A stretch of DNA of 41,278 bases, from positions 1-41,278 of the IMG/VR virus record IMGVR_UViG_3300028587_000013; one strand, 5' to 3'. This document shows, piece by piece, positions 25,291 to 35,918 of this stretch. This DNA is from a virus. Taxonomy: Duplodnaviria; Caudoviricetes. Made by a program: the position numbers and the translations under genes. Within the stretch, counting starts at the first letter, position 1, and the number at the start of each line of letters is the position of its first letter. Below the pieces are notes generated by a model. The model worked only from the letters and a program-made list of their open reading frames with translations, was not told the origin of the DNA and searched no databases.

Positions 25291-27067
25291 GTGCCGGGCC
25301 GGTCGTCAGGTCGTGAACGTGGTCGCCACCACCACCGCCGGTGCCGGGGTCGCCCTTCTCGCCGGTCGGTCCTGGCGGGCCCTGGTCGCCCTGGTCGCCT
25401 TTGAGGCCGATGCCGGGGTCGCCCTTCGGTCCTTGCGGCCCCGTCGATCCTGGAGCCCCTGGGGCACCCGTCGCGCCCTTCGCCCCGGTCGCCCCGGCAG
25501 CACCTTGCGCGCCGGTCGCTCCCGGGTTGCCCTGCGGTCCTTGCGGCCCGGAAGCGGACGGCCGCCACTGGTAGAACTCGGCGCCCGTCCACGTCCGGTT
25601 GTCGCCGGTCGGCAGCGGCCCGTTCAGCGTCATACCCGACAGTTGCCCGACGGTGCGGGAGATGACGGGCACGTTGAACGGGGCGCCGGTGATGAGCGCC
25701 TTGCGGCCACCGTCGATCCACCGGACGAACGTGATGATCCCTTGGGCGGACTGCTCTCCCTCGAACGCGGCGAACGCGTCAGAGCACTGGATTACGACGG
25801 TCATGTTGTCTCCTGGCGGTGGTGGTGGCGGGGGCGGCGGTTCGCCGCCCGATAGCAGGTGCCCGGCGCGAACCCGGCCGCGGATGACGTCACCGGGGCA
25901 CGACGTCGCGAACCAGTCCGAGTGGCAGGAGTGCCCCGCCACCCCGCCGGGGACGTTCGGGAAGATGGCGCGCAACTGGCCGTCGAGCCAGCGCGCGCTC
26001 TCGATCTGCGCGCCGGTCAGGTCGTCGTTCAGTTGGGCCTGCATGAACTGGACGGCGAAGGAGAAGCTGTTAGCCGCACCGCCGTTCGCGGCGCATCGCT
26101 TGTCGGTCCAGCGCACCTTCCAGATGCCGCCGTCCCGGTCGATCATCGCGTTGTAACCGAGGTCGTAGCCGGCGTCGAACGGCGCCGGATGCCCGGACGA
26201 GCCGCCGTCGCGGCGACGGTGGTAGGCGGCCTGCTCCGCTTGTAGCTCGGCGACCCAGCGGCCGGCGGCGTTGTTCGCGACGTCCCCGCCGGGGTAGTGC
26301 CAGGTGATGTTCGTGATCGCGTTGTTGCCGGGCCACGTGTTCCCACCCCACCACGCCGACCCTTCGCCCGGAGCGACCTGGTAGCCGGCCAGCCACTCGT
26401 CGCGCTCGTGCACTGTCGGCATGGCAACTCCAATCCCAGTCAGCCGGTCGAGGACGTCCCAGCGGGTCACGTAGTTCTTGCAGACATCGCCGGCGAACCC
26501 GGGTGGGGCGCCGCGGCAGTTGAACTGGCGGGCCCACCAGAACCCGTTGTCGCCCGGGTAGTCGTCGGGCTGGTCGTAGTCGAAGTTGGGGAGCCGCCAC
26601 GGCCGGCCGCGCACCGTCGATGACGTCGACGCCGGGTGGAACATGCCGCAGTACGTCCCGACCCGCACGCCGCGCCCCTCGACGTAGGAGCACCAGTCCT
26701 CGAACTGTGCGATCGTCGGGGTGGTCCCCTCCGTGTACTCGATGTCCGCCTCGACCGCGTCGCCCGGGCGCTGCCCGCCTGCGGTGTCGACGGCTCGCAA
26801 CATCTGGTCGGCCTGACCGCGGATGTCCTGCCACGAGACGATGCGTTGGAACATGAGCCGATACCGGTTGGCGCCCATCCGCGCCCACACGTCCGCCAGG
26901 CCCGGCTCGACGGCCTGCCCCTGCCGCCAGTCGGTCGCCCTGGTGATGACCCCCGGATAGGCGGCGAGCGCAGCCCAGTCGACCACCTGGGTCCAGGGGT
27001 ACACCTCGGGCAGGTCGACGGTCACCTGCAACCCTTCGATCGAGTCGGTCGCGTGCTCGTCGCTCAA
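25280..27067 (-). CDS. endolysin: GH25-like muramidase + amidase_2 + collagen-like tail
   Basis: VDW...RAT...QAD...ADIE; [17 protein letters not shown]...TSCPG; ~23 Gly-X-Y triplets. Confidence 0.85.
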   Translation of the reverse strand: MSDEHATDSIEGLQVTVDLPEVYPWTQVVDWAALAAYPGVITRATDWRQGQAVEPGLADVWARMGANRYRLMFQRIVSWQDIRGQADQMLRAVDTAGGQRPGDAVEADIEYTEGTTPTIAQFEDWCSYVEGRGVRVGTYCGMFHPASTSSTVRGRPWRLPNFDYDQPDDYPGDNGFWWARQFNCRGAPPGFAGDVCKNYVTRWDVLDRLTGIGVAMPTVHERDEWLAGYQVAPGEGSAWWGGNTWPGNNAITNITWHYPGGDVANNAAGRWVAELQAEQAAYHRRRDGGSSGHPAPFDAGYDLGYNAMIDRDGGIWKVRWTDKRCAANGGAANSFSFAVQFMQAQLNDDLTGAQIESARWLDGQLRAIFPNVPGGVAGHSCHSDWFATSCPGDVIRGRVRAGHLLSGGEPPPPPPPPPGDNMTVVIQCSDAFAAFEGEQSAQGIITFVRWIDGGRKALITGAPFNVPVISRTVGQLSGMTLNGPLPTGDNRTWTGAEFYQWRPSASGPQGPQGNPGATGAQGAAGATGAKGATGAPGAPGSTGPQGPKGDPGIGLKGDQGDQGPPGPTGEKGDPGTGGGGGDHVHDLTTGPARDA

Positions 27068-27107
27068 CCGTCAGGGTAGGTGCCAGCCCTGACCAGCTCG
27101 GGGATGA

Positions 27108-27608
27108 TCAGGCGGCCTCGTAGACAGCGGACATATGCACCGTGTCCGGCGAGGCGAGCGCCAGCCCGAACCCGGCGACGCCGAGCTGCTGGTCCGACGT
27201 GTTGACGATCGCCATCGTCGTCGTCGTCAACAGCATCGTCCACCCGTAGTAGCGGATGCCCGCCGAGGAGTCGTTGATGCGCCCACCGAACAACGGCAGG
27301 TTCACGCCGACCGCGGTGTTCTTCGCTGCCGACGGCAGTCCCAGTGTGACGACGTTGGCGGCGACCGAGGCGCCACCGGTCATCGTCACGAACGCCGACA
27401 CCATGATCAGGCCGCCCACCTGGAACCAGCGGCACGACGTCGCCGTCGACGTGAGCGCAGCCGACTGGGTGAGCGTCGGCGTGTACGTCGTCCACGCCGT
27501 CTGGTCGGTCGGGAACATCGCCTTGAAGTTGTCCCGCACATCCTGGTTCATCTGCGCGGCGGTGAGCACATCGCCCGACACCCACGTCCGAGGAGACACC
27601 CACGCCAT
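27108..27608 (-). CDS. minor tail protein
   Basis: MAW..PRTW..G.VLTAAQMN..VRDN; WT.YTP. Confidence 0.75.
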   Translation of the reverse strand: MAWVSPRTWVSGDVLTAAQMNQDVRDNFKAMFPTDQTAWTTYTPTLTQSAALTSTATSCRWFQVGGLIMVSAFVTMTGGASVAANVVTLGLPSAAKNTAVGVNLPLFGGRINDSSAGIRYYGWTMLLTTTTMAIVNTSDQQLGVAGFGLALASPDTVHMSAVYEAA

Positions 27609-27988
27609 CAGTCGACCCCGTTCCGTTGGTTCTCGACGCGGAGCTGCGGCACTGACTCATGCGGGAACCAGTTGCGGTTCGGCTCGCGCGGCCGCCGGGC
27701 GAGCACATCCTCGATGTCGTCGCGGTCGTCGGGCCACACCACGTCAAGCTCCTGACCGCCGACCTCGGCGTTGCCGCACTCGTCGCACCAGAACCCGACA
27801 CCCTCGTACGCCATGCGCGCGTTGCCGCACCCGAACGGACAGTCGATCACCCAGCGGCCGTGGTTGGCGTAGGCGACAGCCTTCGGCCCGCCCAACACCC
27901 GACCCGGTACACGCACCAGCCCGCGCTTGGCCGCTTCGGCGTCGAGGGCGAGCATCTCGCCGAGCTCCCCGGTGCGTAGCCGGCCCAT
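27608..27988 (-). CDS. zinc-binding protein of the tail module
   Basis: NHGRW..DCP..C, F.C.EC, RNW.P.E; start MGRLR. Confidence 0.7.
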   Translation of the reverse strand: MGRLRTGELGEMLALDAEAAKRGLVRVPGRVLGGPKAVAYANHGRWVIDCPFGCGNARMAYEGVGFWCDECGNAEVGGQELDVVWPDDRDDIEDVLARRPREPNRNWFPHESVPQLRVENQRNGVD

Positions 27989-29850
27989 CAGAAGCTCAGC
28001 CGGTTCACGTTGAGCTTCCCCTGCGTCGTGCTGTTGAGGACGAGCGACTGCCAGCCGGACGTCGGCGACAGCAGCCACGTCGTCGTCCAATCCCCGTCGC
28101 AGGTGATCGAGTGGCGGATGCCTTCGATGAAGCAGTCCTGGGTGATCGTCGCGCCGACCTTCTGCGGGAGGCGTTGCGCCGTGATCCGCTCCCCGATCTT
28201 GCGGCCGAGCACCTGGGGGAACAGCGACGACGGGCGGGCCCGCGGGCGAATCTCGAACGGCTCGACCCGCAACGACGGGTCCTTGTACCGGGACAGCCGG
28301 TAGGTGACGAGGTCGCGGACCTGGATGTCGTCCTCGAGCTGGAGGCCGTCGACCGTCGACGTGATCTCGTAGTAGTCGGCGATCGACGTCGCATCCGACG
28401 CGGTCACGGTGGCGCCGCCGGTGCGTTTCGCTGTGATCGAGTTGGTCATCAGCCGCTCGGACCAGTCGTACTCCAGGCTGCGGTACGGCAGCCCGCCGGT
28501 GTCGTTGAACGTCGCGTTGGTGACGGTGGCTGTCACGTCCGTCGACCGCCAGGTGCGGGCCCGGAACACGAGCTTGCCGGCGCCATCGAAGTAGAGCTGC
28601 CCTTGCTCGGACGACTCGATGTCTTGGAGGAACGGGAACACTGGCGAGCCGCCACCGAAGTCGGCGTACGTCAACGTCGAGCCGCCGACGGCGATGTCCC
28701 GGTCAGCGGCGGGCCAGCCGACGATGTCGAGCACGTCACCGACCCGCGCCCCGGCGGTGTCGCCGATGGCGGGGGCGTGTCCCCAGTTGTAGTGGTCGAC
28801 GGCGTCTGCCGGGTCGACGGTGAACCCGCGGTAGAGAGCCCACTCGTCGATGGTGATGCCGTCGCCGTCGCCGAAGGAGGAGAACGCAGCCGTGGGCCAC
28901 CTCGACGTCCCGGTCACGACCTGGGACGTGTAGGACTGGACGCCGTCGACGTAGATCTGTGGGGCTGAGATGCCGTTGATGAACGTGACGGCCACGTGGT
29001 GGGGTTGGCTGTCGCCGATGTCGATGTTGCTGTTGGACAGACAGCTATTGCCGAAGTCGGAGAGGACGACCTGCACGACGCCACCGACGACGTCGATGAC
29101 GCAGTAGCGCGACCCGAAGAAGTCGATGTACCGCTGATCGAACAACGACGACGAGACAGCCCCGTCGTCGACCTGCACCCAGCACTCGACCGAGCAGGGG
29201 AAGTCCGCGATCGGGGGAGCGATCACCGTCGCGATGCCGTCGAACGCGATGGCACCGTCGTCCGACCCGACGAGCAGACCCGACGTCGCCCCGAACGTCG
29301 CCCCATTGGTGTAGGTGCCGTGGTTGCCGTTGCCCGTCGAGTCGTAGGCGATGGTGCCTTCCGTCTCGCCCAGCCGATACCAGACGTCAGGCCCGAACGC
29401 CTGGTTCGCGTACTGGTACGAGTAGAACGACTCGGGGAGCCGCATCCGCGACAGGACCTTCGTGCCGTCGGTGGCTTGCAGCGCGACCTCGGCGTAGGTG
29501 TTGCCCAGGTCGTAGGTTTGCGGCCAGCCGTCGACGAACCCCGACCACTCATCGAACGTGGTGCCGCTGTACGCGACCCGCAGCCTGATCCGCCGCATCG
29601 GCTTGAGGTTCCCGTAGTACGGGCCGGACACATGGTCGGGGTCGAAGCGACGGTCCGAGTTCTTCAACACGAACGTCGCCGTGCCGGCGGTGAACGTGTC
29701 GACCTCGGTGTCGCGCCCGGTGCCGGTATCTATGCTCACCACATACGCGGAGATGTCCGTCCACGTCGTCGCCGCCACCGACACCGAAGGCGCGGAAGCG
29801 AACCCGACCTCGACGGTGATGGTCACCCCGTCGAACCAGGTGACGCTCAC
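27988..29850 (-). CDS. tail hub/tip protein with LamG-like insertion
   Basis: WTDIS.YV, G.ATF.L.N.D.RFDP, WYRLGE, SVECW, HHVAVT, IDE. Confidence 0.85.
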   Translation of the reverse strand: MSVTWFDGVTITVEVGFASAPSVSVAATTWTDISAYVVSIDTGTGRDTEVDTFTAGTATFVLKNSDRRFDPDHVSGPYYGNLKPMRRIRLRVAYSGTTFDEWSGFVDGWPQTYDLGNTYAEVALQATDGTKVLSRMRLPESFYSYQYANQAFGPDVWYRLGETEGTIAYDSTGNGNHGTYTNGATFGATSGLLVGSDDGAIAFDGIATVIAPPIADFPCSVECWVQVDDGAVSSSLFDQRYIDFFGSRYCVIDVVGGVVQVVLSDFGNSCLSNSNIDIGDSQPHHVAVTFINGISAPQIYVDGVQSYTSQVVTGTSRWPTAAFSSFGDGDGITIDEWALYRGFTVDPADAVDHYNWGHAPAIGDTAGARVGDVLDIVGWPAADRDIAVGGSTLTYADFGGGSPVFPFLQDIESSEQGQLYFDGAGKLVFRARTWRSTDVTATVTNATFNDTGGLPYRSLEYDWSERLMTNSITAKRTGGATVTASDATSIADYYEITSTVDGLQLEDDIQVRDLVTYRLSRYKDPSLRVEPFEIRPRARPSSLFPQVLGRKIGERITAQRLPQKVGATITQDCFIEGIRHSITCDGDWTTTWLLSPTSGWQSLVLNSTTQGKLNVNRLSF

Positions 29851-32840
29851 AGCGTGTGCACCGGGACGACACCGTTGCGCCGCTCGTACCGCTTCAACGC
29901 TTGGACGACGTCCTGACCGTCAGACCCGGGCGGCATGTGGATCGTGATGTACGTGTTGCCACCCGACTGGCGCGACGCGCCCTTGTTCTCAGCGGCGAAG
30001 GTGCTGCTCGGAGCGGCGACAGATGGAGCCGAGGGCTTCGCCGTCGCCGGGTTGTACGGCGTACCACCCGGACCGGTCGGGGCGTGGACCCCTGACGCGT
30101 CAGCGAAGTAGCCGAAGTCCGAGGGCACCTGGTAGAGCCCGCCCGGGCCGAACAACTGTTGGAGCTGCGCGGCGGCGTCGATGACGAGCCCGCCGACCAT
30201 CGACTTCGGCGGGGTGGGTGGCATCCCCGCGAACGGCCCGGTGTCACCCACCACATACTGAGCGCCGGGCGGTGTCACGGTGATGCCAGCGAAGTCGGAC
30301 CCCCGCCCGAACATCGAGTCGAGGACACCGAAGCCGGTGCGGTAGAAGTCGGAACCAGGCCCGAAGATGCCCCCCAACGTCTGACCGACGTACTGGCCGC
30401 CCGTGATCATGTACGTAGCGAAGTCGGTGCCCACCCCGAACAGCTTGCGGAGCGGATCGTCGGACTGGCTGGCCTTGTCGTAGATGTTGGAGCCCGGCCC
30501 GAACAGGTCCGACAACAGCATCCCCGGATACGGCTGCTGCCCCTCGCGCGTCGCCGGGGCGCCACCGACCAGCCCGCCGCCAGCGAACTTCCCCTCCAGC
30601 TTCATCTGCCGCGTCTCAGCCGCCGTATGAACATACGACCCGTCCGGCAGCTCGACGATCTCCTCGCCTTCCTCACCGACGAGCACCCACCCCGACTTGA
30701 ACCCGCCCATCGCCCCGGTGTCCTCGGTGCCGTGCACATTCACGCCACCCACCGCGTTGACGTGGACGGTCTTGTCCTTGATCTGCGCCATCTTGTCGAT
30801 GATCCCCTGCAACTTGATCGCCGCTTCGGCGGTCTGCACATCGACGTCGGTGTTCTTCGCCTTCGGGATCGCGTCGAGCTTCGCGATGTGCGCATCGATC
30901 GCCGGGGCAAGCTCCGGGAACTTCTGCTTCAACAGCTCAAGCGCGGCGCGTTGCGCGGCGATCTTCTCCTCCGTGCCGAACGTCGCCCCGGCCGCCGTCG
31001 CCTGATCCCCGGCGTAGATGACGGCCTGCGCCGCCGCCTTCGACAAGGCATCCTCCAGCCCGCGTGACGCCCCCTCCAGATCCTTCGACGTGGCCGTCGA
31101 GTCGCCCTGCGTCGTCTGAAACTTGAGCAGCGCATCGTCGACATCATCGACGGCCCGGTTGTACCCGACCTCCGAATCGATCGATGCCAGCATCGCGTCC
31201 TGTTGTCGTTGCAACAGTGCGAGCGTGTCGTCGCGTAGCTGGTTCAGCGCGTCGAGCGCCTTGCCCGTTTCCTCGATGGCGGTCTTCTCGGCCTCAGCCG
31301 CCTTCGCGGCTTCGCCCTGTTTCGCGGCGTACTCCGCGGCCGACTTCGCGGCGTACTCGTTGCCATAGTTCGTCTCTTTCAGGCGGGCCAGCAACAGTTC
31401 GGCTTGCGCGTTCTGCTCCTTCGTCGCGGCAGCCTGCTTCTTCTGTGCCTCCTCCGCCATGTACGTCCCGCCGGTGAACAGGCCGAGCGCGTTCTTGACG
31501 CTGTCCCAGAATCCGGGCGAGTCCTTGATCTGGTTGTTGGCGATGCCCGTCCCCCGCGCCAGGGACACCATCCCATCAGCCGCCGCGATCAACGCCGGGA
31601 TGAGGTCGTCGCCGAGCTCGAGCGCCGCTTCGTTGAATGAGTCGGTCAGCTCATCCATCTTGTCGCGCAGCTCTTCGGCTTTGGCGATGTTCTCCGGGTT
31701 CATCACCTTGATATCGGCGACCTTGGTGAGACGTTCGCCCAACGTGTCGACGTTGACGATCAGCGGCGCGAGACCCTGCCAGCCTCGCCCGAAGACCTCG
31801 GCGCCGACCGCCGCCTGTTTCGCGGCGTCGTCGATCCCGCCGATGTAGCGCAACAGGTTGATGAAGTTCTCACTCGTCGTGCCCGCCACCAACCCGAAGT
31901 TGGCCAGGTCGATCTTGCCGGACCCGAGGTTCTTGTTCATGCGGCCGATCGCGCCTTCGGCCATGTCGGCGTTGACGCCGAGGTCGCCGGTCAACTCGAT
32001 CCACCGGGATGCCGTCTCCGTGTCGGTGCCTGCCGCCGTCGCGAACGCCTGCGCTTTGAGCGCCAGCTCCCCGAAGTTCTGCGCGGCGATGACCGCCGCC
32101 CCACCGACCAGACCGATCACAGCGGCGGCCGGTGTCGCGGTCCCTACCAGGCCGCCCGCATCACCGCCGAACTTGCCGGCCAGGAACCCGACCGACGCGC
32201 CCAACTGGTCGGTGTGCTCCTTCGCCCCGGCCGCCGAGGTAGCCAGATTGTCAAGACCCGACGTGTCCGCTGTCGGCGTGATCTCGGGGGACATCCCATC
32301 CAGCTCTTCGGCGGTGTCCTTGATGTCTTCGAGCACGTCGATGGCCGAGTCGTCCACCTCGGGCACAATCTCCGGGGCGAGCTGATCGAGCGCGTCGGCG
32401 ACGTCGCGCACCCCATCGAGAACGTCGGTGGCCGAGTCATCAGCCTCAGCCTCAACCGTTGCGGTTGTCCCGTCGAGCGACGCGACGCTGTCCTCGACTT
32501 CGGTGAGCACGGCGCTGGCCGCATCGTCAGCTTCGGCGTCGACGGTGGCCGTCTCCCCGTCGAGCCCTTCGACGTTGCCCTGCACCTCGTCGAGCGTCGC
32601 CGTCGCCTGATCGTCGGCTTCGGTCCCTACAGTCGCCGTCGTCCCGTCGAGGTCCTCGACCTTGTCCTTGTTCTCATCGAGGACTGCGGTCGCGTTGTCA
32701 TCAGCATCGACCCCGACACTGGCATGGGACCCGTCGAGCGACTTGGCGGCCTGCTCGACCTTCTCCAGCTCGTGTTCGGCCTTCTTCCCATCGGCCGTGA
32801 TCTCGATGTCGACCTTGACCTTGTCGGAGAACCCGGCCAC
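29847..32840 (-). CDS. tape measure protein
   Basis: 997 aa, Ala-rich helical; LVGEEGEE motif; position. Confidence 0.88.
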   Translation of the reverse strand: MAGFSDKVKVDIEITADGKKAEHELEKVEQAAKSLDGSHASVGVDADDNATAVLDENKDKVEDLDGTTATVGTEADDQATATLDEVQGNVEGLDGETATVDAEADDAASAVLTEVEDSVASLDGTTATVEAEADDSATDVLDGVRDVADALDQLAPEIVPEVDDSAIDVLEDIKDTAEELDGMSPEITPTADTSGLDNLATSAAGAKEHTDQLGASVGFLAGKFGGDAGGLVGTATPAAAVIGLVGGAAVIAAQNFGELALKAQAFATAAGTDTETASRWIELTGDLGVNADMAEGAIGRMNKNLGSGKIDLANFGLVAGTTSENFINLLRYIGGIDDAAKQAAVGAEVFGRGWQGLAPLIVNVDTLGERLTKVADIKVMNPENIAKAEELRDKMDELTDSFNEAALELGDDLIPALIAAADGMVSLARGTGIANNQIKDSPGFWDSVKNALGLFTGGTYMAEEAQKKQAAATKEQNAQAELLLARLKETNYGNEYAAKSAAEYAAKQGEAAKAAEAEKTAIEETGKALDALNQLRDDTLALLQRQQDAMLASIDSEVGYNRAVDDVDDALLKFQTTQGDSTATSKDLEGASRGLEDALSKAAAQAVIYAGDQATAAGATFGTEEKIAAQRAALELLKQKFPELAPAIDAHIAKLDAIPKAKNTDVDVQTAEAAIKLQGIIDKMAQIKDKTVHVNAVGGVNVHGTEDTGAMGGFKSGWVLVGEEGEEIVELPDGSYVHTAAETRQMKLEGKFAGGGLVGGAPATREGQQPYPGMLLSDLFGPGSNIYDKASQSDDPLRKLFGVGTDFATYMITGGQYVGQTLGGIFGPGSDFYRTGFGVLDSMFGRGSDFAGITVTPPGAQYVVGDTGPFAGMPPTPPKSMVGGLVIDAAAQLQQLFGPGGLYQVPSDFGYFADASGVHAPTGPGGTPYNPATAKPSAPSVAAPSSTFAAENKGASRQSGGNTYITIHMPPGSDGQDVVQALKRYERRNGVVPVHTL

Positions 32841-32841
32841 G

Positions 32842-33300
32842 TCAGTACACCTTTCTCACGGCTCGCACGACTTCCTCATGGACCAGCCCAGCAACCTCGG
32901 GTTTCGCTGCTGCCGTCCCCCTCGACCATGCACCCCGCGCCGGGACCGCGCCACGCGTGTACGAGCCGACCGTCCCCCGCTTCCGCCGCTTCGACCCGCG
33001 ACGCTTCGGCGACTTCCACGACGTACCCGACTTGTACGAGCCGAGCTCCAGCAGCGCGGCGAGCGCCGGCGGGGCCGGTTTCAGCACGGCATGACCGTTG
33101 CCGATCAGGTCGAACCGTGCCTTGACCGTGCCAGCGCCCTTGCGTTTGCCTCGCCCATAGTTGGACAGGCCGGTCGGGTCGATCGCCTTCGTCGTGATCG
33201 CCTTCGCCTGGGTTGCCACTCTCGTCGTGATGCCGCGCAGGTGCGTCCCCTCGAACTCGTCGAGGAGCTTGGCGAGTTTCGACGTGAGGTCAACCGACAC
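32842..33300 (-). CDS. basic HK97-gp10-like tail completion protein
   Basis: LLELGS, P.RGAWSRG; start MSVDL. Confidence 0.55.
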   Translation of the reverse strand: MSVDLTSKLAKLLDEFEGTHLRGITTRVATQAKAITTKAIDPTGLSNYGRGKRKGAGTVKARFDLIGNGHAVLKPAPPALAALLELGSYKSGTSWKSPKRRGSKRRKRGTVGSYTRGAVPARGAWSRGTAAAKPEVAGLVHEEVVRAVRKVY

Positions 33301-33305
33301 TCGGG

Positions 33306-33725
33306 CTACGCAGTCGGGTAGGTGACGCCAGTCTGGCTGGCGTTCGTGAACTCGCACGTCATCGCTGACGGCTCACCGACCTGAGCGTCGACCATGCCGT
33401 AGTTGAACAGCAGCGCCGAGATGAGATAGGCGGGGTTCGTCGCAGTGCGACCACCCGACGTCGGCCGGATCTCGACGTTGACTGGTGTCGAGGAGCCGAT
33501 GAGCGGTTGGAGGGTGGCGTGCACCTTGCCGGCGGCGAAGTCCTGGAGGAACGTCACCGACACCGACGCGTCGCCGAGACCCTTGGCGTAGGCGACGCTT
33601 GTGGCGCCCATGCATGTGATGTCCTTCTTCGCCCGGTTGTCGTCGGTGGTCACCTTCGTCACGTGGTCGGACAAGGTGACCCCGTTGACGATGATGTGAA
33701 CATCGGTTGCGATTGAGATAGCCAC
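33306..33725 (-). CDS. major tail (tube) protein
   Basis: NGV.LSDHV, D.T.MG, GLGD.S.SV.F.QDF, TNP.Y, VGE. Confidence 0.8.
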   Translation of the reverse strand: MAISIATDVHIIVNGVTLSDHVTKVTTDDNRAKKDITCMGATSVAYAKGLGDASVSVTFLQDFAAGKVHATLQPLIGSSTPVNVEIRPTSGGRTATNPAYLISALLFNYGMVDAQVGEPSAMTCEFTNASQTGVTYPTA

Positions 33726-33728
33726 GGC

Positions 33729-34091
33729 CTACTCCTTGGTTGACTTCTTGGCGGCTGGTTTGGGCTCGGGCGCGACACGGCGAATGTGGTAGCGGAGCTG
33801 GTCCTCGCGGTTGAGGGGAAGGGCCGCCTCGAACCGTTCACCGGGGAGAGCGACCCGCGTCGTGAGTGACGCTGGCACCTCGATCAGGTTGACCTCGATC
33901 GCCGATCCGCCGACCACCTGATACCAGTCGGGGAGCAGCGCGATGAGGCCCTTGTCGAGCGCTTCCCATTCCTCGTCGCCGTCAGCGAAGGCGTGCTCGA
34001 ACTCGTCGTCCTGCTCGTAGGCGCCGTGCTCGAAGTGGATGGTGACCGGGGCGAGCACCCGGTAGCGGCGCTTCGCCGGTTCGACTTTCAT
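33729..34091 (-). CDS. small structural protein with two internal beta repeats
   Basis: YRVL...EFE..L..G.I and YQVV...PGERFE..L. Confidence 0.65.
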   Translation of the reverse strand: MKVEPAKRRYRVLAPVTIHFEHGAYEQDDEFEHAFADGDEEWEALDKGLIALLPDWYQVVGGSAIEVNLIEVPASLTTRVALPGERFEAALPLNREDQLRYHIRRVAPEPKPAAKKSTKE

Positions 34092-34327
34092 GGCTTCTCC
34101 TCATCGGGTGGGACGACGGGGATGATGACCGCACCGACGACGGCATCCCCGTCCGTGTCGATGTCGACGTTGACGAGCTGAAGCTCGACCGTGACCGCTT
34201 CACCTACGGCAGCGCGGATGGTGCACGCCTGTACGTGGTGGGAGATGTCGACCCCGTCGACGGTGAGGTTGCAGCTGTGGCCTACCGGTCCGCCGTGAAG
34301 GGCGACGTGCATCGTCTCGGTCTTCAT
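34088..34327 (-). CDS. hypothetical protein
   Basis: LTVDGVDIS..V; start MKTET. Confidence 0.65.
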   Translation of the reverse strand: MKTETMHVALHGGPVGHSCNLTVDGVDISHHVQACTIRAAVGEAVTVELQLVNVDIDTDGDAVVGAVIIPVVPPDEEKP

Positions 34328-34668
34328 CACGGCCCCTGGAGGTTGAGCACGGCGCACGTCACCGACGTAATGAAGCTATGAGCGACGGTGCACAGGCCGG
34401 TGGTGGGGTCGGCGAAGAACTGCGGGTTGAATGGGCCGATCATCTTGTCGCCCGTCGTGATCGGCACCGTCACGGTGACATCGGCGATGGTGAGCCCGGT
34501 CGGGTCGCCAGCCGAGACGGTGAACGTGGCGATGTCCTGGGTGCCGCCCGCGTTCTTGATGTGCAGGAACACGTTGGGGCCGGGCACGAACGTGTCCGAC
34601 GCGGCCACGGCCCCGTACGTCGGCGTGATCGCCGTCCGGGAGATGGTCTGGGTGGTGAGTAGGGCCAT
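34327..34668 (-). CDS. putative virion decoration protein
   Basis: True start MALLTTQ after AGGAGG; LHIKNAG, TVTVP, IGPF. Confidence 0.7.
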   Translation of the reverse strand: MALLTTQTISRTAITPTYGAVAASDTFVPGPNVFLHIKNAGGTQDIATFTVSAGDPTGLTIADVTVTVPITTGDKMIGPFNPQFFADPTTGLCTVAHSFITSVTCAVLNLQGP

Positions 34669-34672
34669 GTGG

Positions 34673-35125
34673 TCAGCCTCCTGTGAGATGGGTCTGGAGT
34701 TCGAGCTCGCCGAGCGCGAAGAACGTCCCTGACCCGGCCGGGTATTCGACGGCGGTGGCGTAGCGGGTGCCGCCGAACCGGAACGAATCAACGACCCCGC
34801 CGAGAGTCCGGTCGGGTGGGGCGCCGGGGGCGAGAGCGTTGGCGAGCGATTCGGGCTGGCCGGCGCCGACTGACAGCCACCGCATGATCTGCTCCTGCCC
34901 GGCCCGGTCGTTGGAGCCGGCGAGGAGCAGGAGGACGACGTTGACTTGGACGGTGCCCTGGCGCATCGCTTGTTCCATCGTGACGTACGTGTCGGGGTCG
35001 CCGACGACGACGATGCACGGCGGGGAAAGCCCATCCCGGTACGACGGGTAGACACGAGTCCCCGGCTGCGAGGCGGTGATGATGTCGCACACCGCCTGGT
35101 GGACGGCGTACAGGTCGACGGCCAT
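34673..35125 (-). CDS. putative tail terminator
   Basis: Start MAVDL; PPCIVV, DRTLGGVVD. Confidence 0.7.
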   Translation of the reverse strand: MAVDLYAVHQAVCDIITASQPGTRVYPSYRDGLSPPCIVVVGDPDTYVTMEQAMRQGTVQVNVVLLLLAGSNDRAGQEQIMRWLSVGAGQPESLANALAPGAPPDRTLGGVVDSFRFGGTRYATAVEYPAGSGTFFALGELELQTHLTGG

Positions 35126-35772
35126 CAGGCGACCAGGTAATGCTGGGAGCCGCCACCGTATGGCAGCAGCAGGGAACGGGCGTGAGCGGCGACCGCGGAG
35201 CGGACGGTGACCGGGCCGAACTCGTTGAACCCGATCGTCCCTGAGCGGACGTCCTTGTAGTGGAACAGGTCGGCGACGATCATCAACGTCGCCTCCTTCA
35301 CCGCGTCGGGCACGGCGATCCAACCCCACCGGCCGATGATCTTGACGGCGAGATGCTTCATCCACCAGCCGAAGCTGCGGGACGAGTCGACCAGCTCGAG
35401 CGCGGTGACCGGCCAGCCTGGTTGGCCGTCCTGCCCGATGCCGTTGAGTGGGTGGGTGATGTAGGACGTCGCGGGGAGCACGACGAACGTGGTGCCGTCG
35501 TCGGCGTCGTTCAGGGAGATGACCGTGTCGGCGTCCACGATGAGGTCATCGATGGGGCACCAGTCCGACGAGATGGGCCTGTAGAGCCGTGTGGACGTCG
35601 GGTCGGGGGAGACAGGGTCGCGCCAGAACCGTCGCCGGCAGAGGCCGTCTACAGCCCGGCATGCCGGCACGATCTTCGACGTCAGGATGGCGTCGTCGTT
35701 CGTGTCGGACGCGGCGAGACCGAGGTGGGCTTTCACCTCGTCGCGCGTCACGTACGTCGTCACAGCCGCCAT
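35125..35772 (-). CDS. head-tail connector (gp6/gp15-like)
   Basis: YVT..EVKAHLG, R.VD..C.R.F, GW..VPDAVKEA, LL.PY. Confidence 0.9.
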   Translation of the reverse strand: MAAVTTYVTRDEVKAHLGLAASDTNDDAILTSKIVPACRAVDGLCRRRFWRDPVSPDPTSTRLYRPISSDWCPIDDLIVDADTVISLNDADDGTTFVVLPATSYITHPLNGIGQDGQPGWPVTALELVDSSRSFGWWMKHLAVKIIGRWGWIAVPDAVKEATLMIVADLFHYKDVRSGTIGFNEFGPVTVRSAVAAHARSLLLPYGGGSQHYLVA

Positions 35773-35918
35773 CAGACCGCCGTCGTCACGTCGTAGTTCT
35801 CGGTGTGGACGGCAGCGACCTTCGGGTCGTCGGGGGGCAGGAGGTCACCGACGCGGACGAGGACGTTGCCCGCCCAGTAGGAGACCTTCGCCCGCTTCAC
35901 GGTCGCCTTGGTGGTCAC
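35772..35918 (-). CDS. 48-aa protein, paralogue 3 (not in ORF track)
   Basis: MTTKATVKRAKVSYWAGNVLVRVGDLLPPDDP... Confidence 0.7.
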   Translation of the reverse strand: MTTKATVKRAKVSYWAGNVLVRVGDLLPPDDPKVAAVHTENYDVTTAV

